NCBI GenBank assembly: GCA_963728825.1
Contig: CAVSLA010000001.1
Span: 423,886 to 487,885 of the forward strand
DNA from: an uncultured Acidobacteriota bacterium
GTDB taxonomy: Bacteria; Acidobacteriota; Vicinamibacteria; Vicinamibacterales; CAVVIG01
Length of the DNA: 64,000 bases
Reading direction: 5' to 3'
Part shown: positions 60,976-64,000 of the stretch, piece by piece
How the letters are laid out: each line of letters starts with the position of its first letter
How positions within the stretch are numbered: the stretch's first letter is position 1
Notes under the pieces: model-generated
Database searches by the model: none
The model's input: the letters and a program-made list of their open reading frames with translations, nothing else
What the model was told of the DNA's origin: nothing
Made by a program: the position numbers and the translations under genes

Positions 60976-63564
60976 ATGGGCTGGATCCGTCGCCTGCGTG
61001 GGACGCTGCTGCGGGAGGACTCGACGTTCGACGAGGAGGCGCAGTTTCACCTGGAGTGCCGCGCTGAGGATCTCGTTGAAACGGGTCTGACCCGCGAGCG
61101 GGCACAGCGCGAGGCACTGCGACAATTTGGAGGCGTGATGGTGGCCAGAACGCGTACTCGCGACGCCGACGTGATCGTGTGGCTCGACGGCTTTGTGCAC
61201 GACCTGCGTCACGCCCTCCGCAGCCTGTGGCGGGTGCCTGGCCTGGTCGGTGTGAGCGTTCTGTCGCTCGGCCTGGGCATCGGCGTCAACCTGGCGCTCT
61301 ACGCCGCGATCAGCACGATCTTCCTCCACCGGCCGACGATGGAAGCTCCGGAGCGGGTGCTGGGGGTGGAAATCGGCGGTGCGCGACAGCTCTCGTACCC
61401 GAATTACCGCGACCTCCGCGACAGCGAGCTGTTCGCCGACACGATGGCGTTCAGGGCCGGCTCGATGACGCGCCGGTCGGACGATGTGCTCGAGAATCTC
61501 GGCGTACTGGTGGTGAGCGCGAACTTCTTCGATGGGCTGGGGATCCGCGCCCGCATCGGTCGCACGTTCTCGAACGGGGAAGCGGCGGCGGAGCGGGCGC
61601 CGCGCCTGATCGTCCTGACCCACCGCTATTGGCATGCCCGCTTCGCCGGCGACCCCGCGGCGGTCGGGCGGACGATGACCCTCAACGGCGAACCGTTCGA
61701 GATCGTCGGCGTGCTCGACGAAGACTTCCGCGCCATCACCGGGTTTGCCGCACCGGCCGCCTACGTGCCGATCAGCGCGCTCGCGCTCCCGACGCTCGAC
61801 GATCGCGGCAGCCCGAGCCTGAGCGTGGTCGCCAGGCTGCGGGACGGCGGCACCTCGCAGCAGGCGCAAGCGGCGGTCACGGCGTGGGGACGGAATCTGG
61901 AGCGCAGCTTCCCTGAACGGAACGAGGGTCTGGGACGGCCCGCGGCAGTTGTTCCGGCGAGGTCGTTGCAGTTCCGCGGCACGCCGTTCGGCTTCGTTTT
62001 CTTCCCGATCGTGCTGGCGGTGCTCTTCGCGATCCTGCTGCTGCTCGGCGCGGTCAACGTCGCGGGACTGCTGCTCGCCCGCGCCGCTGCGCGCCGGCAG
62101 GAACTGGCCATCCGTGCCGCCCTGGGCGCTGGCCGGTGGCGCGTCGTCCAGTCGCTGCTGGTCGAAAGCCTGGTGCTGAGTCTCCTGGGGGCCGGCGTTG
62201 GGGTGCTGGTGACCATCGTCCTGACGCGCGTGCCGCTGCCGGTGTCGAGCACTTTTCTCCAGCAGCTGATCGTTCCGGATCTGCGACTGCTCGGCCCGGC
62301 GCTGCTGCTGGTGGCGGTGACCACCCTGGTGTGCGGAGCGATGCCGGCACTTCGCGCGACTCGCGGACGCGTCGTCCACACGCTTCGCCAGGAGGAGGCG
62401 AGCCACACCGGCCGGATGACTCTGCGCAGTGCGCTGGTCGTCAGCCAGGTGGCGATGTCATTCGTCCTGCTGGTGGTCGCGTCGCTGTGCCTGCGCAGCC
62501 AGCTGCGGGTACTGACGTTTCATCCGGGTTTCGATCTCGACCAGAGCGCGGTCGCACGCATTACGCTCGAACCGGGTCGCGACACTGCAGACGGCCGCAT
62601 CCGGATGGCCGAGCGGCTCGTCGAGCGGGTCGAACAGCTGCCTGGCGTGCGGGCGGCCGCCGCGACGTCGGTCGTCCCGCTGGGCGGCGACGCCCTGGTG
62701 GCGAGCTTTCATCCGGCAGGGAGAAGCGACATCCCTGGAACGCGACCGACCGTCGCCAGCGTCGGCCCGCGCTATTTCGAGACGCTGGGCATCCCGCTGG
62801 CCGGTGGGCGCGACTTTCTCGACACCGATCGCGCCGGCACGCCGGTCGTCACGATCGTCAATCAGACCTTCGCGAACACCTATTTTCCGGGCCGCAACCC
62901 GCTCGGCGAGCAGGTGCTGATCGGCGGCGAGCCGCCGGCCGAGATCGTCGGAGTCGTCGCCGACAGCAAGGTCGACACGATCGGCGAGGCGCCCAAGTCG
63001 GTCCTCTACTACCCGTTTGCCCAGCGGTCACGCCGACTGACGGTGGTGATCCGCACGGAAGGACCGCCGGCCGCCGCGCTGTCGGCCATCCGTCGGGCGA
63101 TGTCCGAAGTCGATCCGACCCTGGCGGTCGGCGTCAGCACGCTTCGAGAGGCGGCCGGCACCGAGCTGGCGATGCGGCAGACCGGCACGGTGATGGTCGG
63201 CGCCGTTGGCGTCGTCGGCCTGCTGCTGACCGCAATCGGCTTGTACGGCGTCGTGGCATATCTGGTGGCGTCGAGAACGATCGAAATGGGAATCCGGATG
63301 GCGCTCGGCGCGTCGCCGCGCGGTCTACGCTGGGTGGTGATGCGGGGCGCCGCGGTGCTGGTCGTTTTCGGGGTCGCAGCGGGCACCGCCGCCGCGCTGA
63401 TCGTGACGCCAGCGCTCGCGACCTTCCTCGCCGGTCTGAGCCCGCTCGACCCGATTGCGTATGCCGGCGGCGCGACCGTGCTCATCCTGGTCGGCCTCGC
63501 GGCGAGCTATCTGCCGGCCCGCCGGGTGACGCGCGTCGACCCGATGATTGCCTTGCGGCGCTGA
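60976..63564 (+). CDS. ADOP-family duplicated FtsX/MacB-like permease, copy 3 (leader domain present, no PadR)
   Basis: MGWIRRLRGTLLREDSTFDEEAQFHLECRAEDLVETGLTRERAQREALRQFGG leader, then a duplicated FtsX architecture, ending RRVTRVDPMIALRR. I prefer the ATG at 60976 over the track's 60910. Confidence 0.85.
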   Translation: MGWIRRLRGTLLREDSTFDEEAQFHLECRAEDLVETGLTRERAQREALRQFGGVMVARTRTRDADVIVWLDGFVHDLRHALRSLWRVPGLVGVSVLSLGLGIGVNLALYAAISTIFLHRPTMEAPERVLGVEIGGARQLSYPNYRDLRDSELFADTMAFRAGSMTRRSDDVLENLGVLVVSANFFDGLGIRARIGRTFSNGEAAAERAPRLIVLTHRYWHARFAGDPAAVGRTMTLNGEPFEIVGVLDEDFRAITGFAAPAAYVPISALALPTLDDRGSPSLSVVARLRDGGTSQQAQAAVTAWGRNLERSFPERNEGLGRPAAVVPARSLQFRGTPFGFVFFPIVLAVLFAILLLLGAVNVAGLLLARAAARRQELAIRAALGAGRWRVVQSLLVESLVLSLLGAGVGVLVTIVLTRVPLPVSSTFLQQLIVPDLRLLGPALLLVAVTTLVCGAMPALRATRGRVVHTLRQEEASHTGRMTLRSALVVSQVAMSFVLLVVASLCLRSQLRVLTFHPGFDLDQSAVARITLEPGRDTADGRIRMAERLVERVEQLPGVRAAAATSVVPLGGDALVASFHPAGRSDIPGTRPTVASVGPRYFETLGIPLAGGRDFLDTDRAGTPVVTIVNQTFANTYFPGRNPLGEQVLIGGEPPAEIVGVVADSKVDTIGEAPKSVLYYPFAQRSRRLTVVIRTEGPPAAALSAIRRAMSEVDPTLAVGVSTLREAAGTELAMRQTGTVMVGAVGVVGLLLTAIGLYGVVAYLVASRTIEMGIRMALGASPRGLRWVVMRGAAVLVVFGVAAGTAAALIVTPALATFLAGLSPLDPIAYAGGATVLILVGLAASYLPARRVTRVDPMIALRR

Positions 63565-63578
63565 CAACGAGTTGCGGG

Positions 63579-64000
63579 CTACAAGCCCAACCAGTAATTC
63601 ATCTTCACCATCAGCACATGGGTGCCGTCGGCGCCGAAGGCATCGCCAAGATCGCGGAACGGTGAGAAGACGCCAGGACGCGCCGCGTCCGAGGTGGACA
63701 TGTTCCAGACCAGGAAGAGCGCGCTGCCGCGCTGGTATTCCCAGCGCATCACGACGTTGCCGCGCAGTGACTTGGTGTTGAAGTCCGGATTGGTCGAGAT
63801 CGTCGCCGGCTCGAAGTCGAACGAGCGCGGCCGCGCCAGGCGGCGGATGTCCGTGTAATCGCCGACCGCAACGAACGGCTGCAGGAACATCTGCAGCGTG
63901 AGATCGCGCGTGAAGGCATAGGTGGCGCGGCCGGTGACGTCGACGACGTTGCGCCGCAGCCGGCCGTAAATGTGATCGGCGACATCGTCTCCGGTCACGT
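63579..64000 (-). CDS. C-terminal part of an outer-membrane-type beta protein (DUF5916-like); its 5' end lies beyond the window end
   Basis: ..RGNVVMRWEYQRGSALFLVWN..THVLMVKMNYWLGL beta-strand pattern with a terminal aromatic/Leu. The ORF is open to the window edge, so the track's Met at 63998 is not the real start. Confidence 0.45.
   Translation of the reverse strand, partial: VTGDDVADHIYGRLRRNVVDVTGRATYAFTRDLTLQMFLQPFVAVGDYTDIRRLARPRSFDFEPATISTNPDFNTKSLRGNVVMRWEYQRGSALFLVWNMSTSDAARPGVFSPFRDLGDAFGADGTHVLMVKMNYWLGL

Overview
Visibly high-GC chromosomal segment (GC not computed). It looks acidobacterial: it holds three ADOP-type duplicated FtsX/MacB-like orphan permeases, one preceded by its PadR partner. 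I support about 57 protein-coding genes, packed tightly, with many ATGA/TAATG start-stop overlaps. I recognised no rRNA, tRNA, CRISPR array, transposase, integrase or phage gene by eye.

Main blocks:
- 1-4584: bacillithiol genes bshB1-bshA next to a very large LmbE/PIG-L paralog.
- 4763-7096: FAD oxidoreductase and Ada.
- 7878-20858: a long minus-strand run with ADOP+PadR, a serine hydrolase, GNAT-YeeE-GNAT, PepF, a second ADOP, SRPBCC and a methyltransferase.
- 21402-26112: M20 amidohydrolase, OFA-type MFS transporter and acetyl-CoA-synthetase-like ligase.
- 26827-38251: purE, an M16 peptidase pair, rhodanese coupled to an argininosuccinate-lyase-family gene, an FAD-linked oxidase, a His/Cys-rich small protein with an outer-membrane barrel, and an M61 peptidase.
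- 40226-53041: a complete Alternative Complex III cluster (actABCDEF plus a small subunit), followed directly by sco1 and caa3-type oxidase genes.
- 53220-64000: a large membrane protein, a DUF1080-like/response-regulator/histidine-kinase operon, an outer-membrane barrel, PhoD, a third ADOP and a partial outer-membrane protein.

Most interesting observations:
1. A PfPDO-like two-thioredoxin-fold oxidoreductase has an in-frame TGA exactly where the first Cys of its CPxC motif should be, and a SECIS-like hairpin sits 20 nt downstream. This is a selenoprotein candidate.
2. Several families of GC-rich hairpin elements and short-period word repeats are present. One hairpin copy is embedded in frame inside bshA. 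Word repeats contribute to signal peptides and to the C-terminal tail of SCO1. The whole ctaE-ctaF spacer is triplicated as 3 x 82 bp.
3. Three genes (actD, phoD and a secreted protein gene) each appear broken by a single extra base.

Many long Arg/Pro/Gly-rich ORFs in the supplied track are antisense or off-frame shadows of real genes and were not called.
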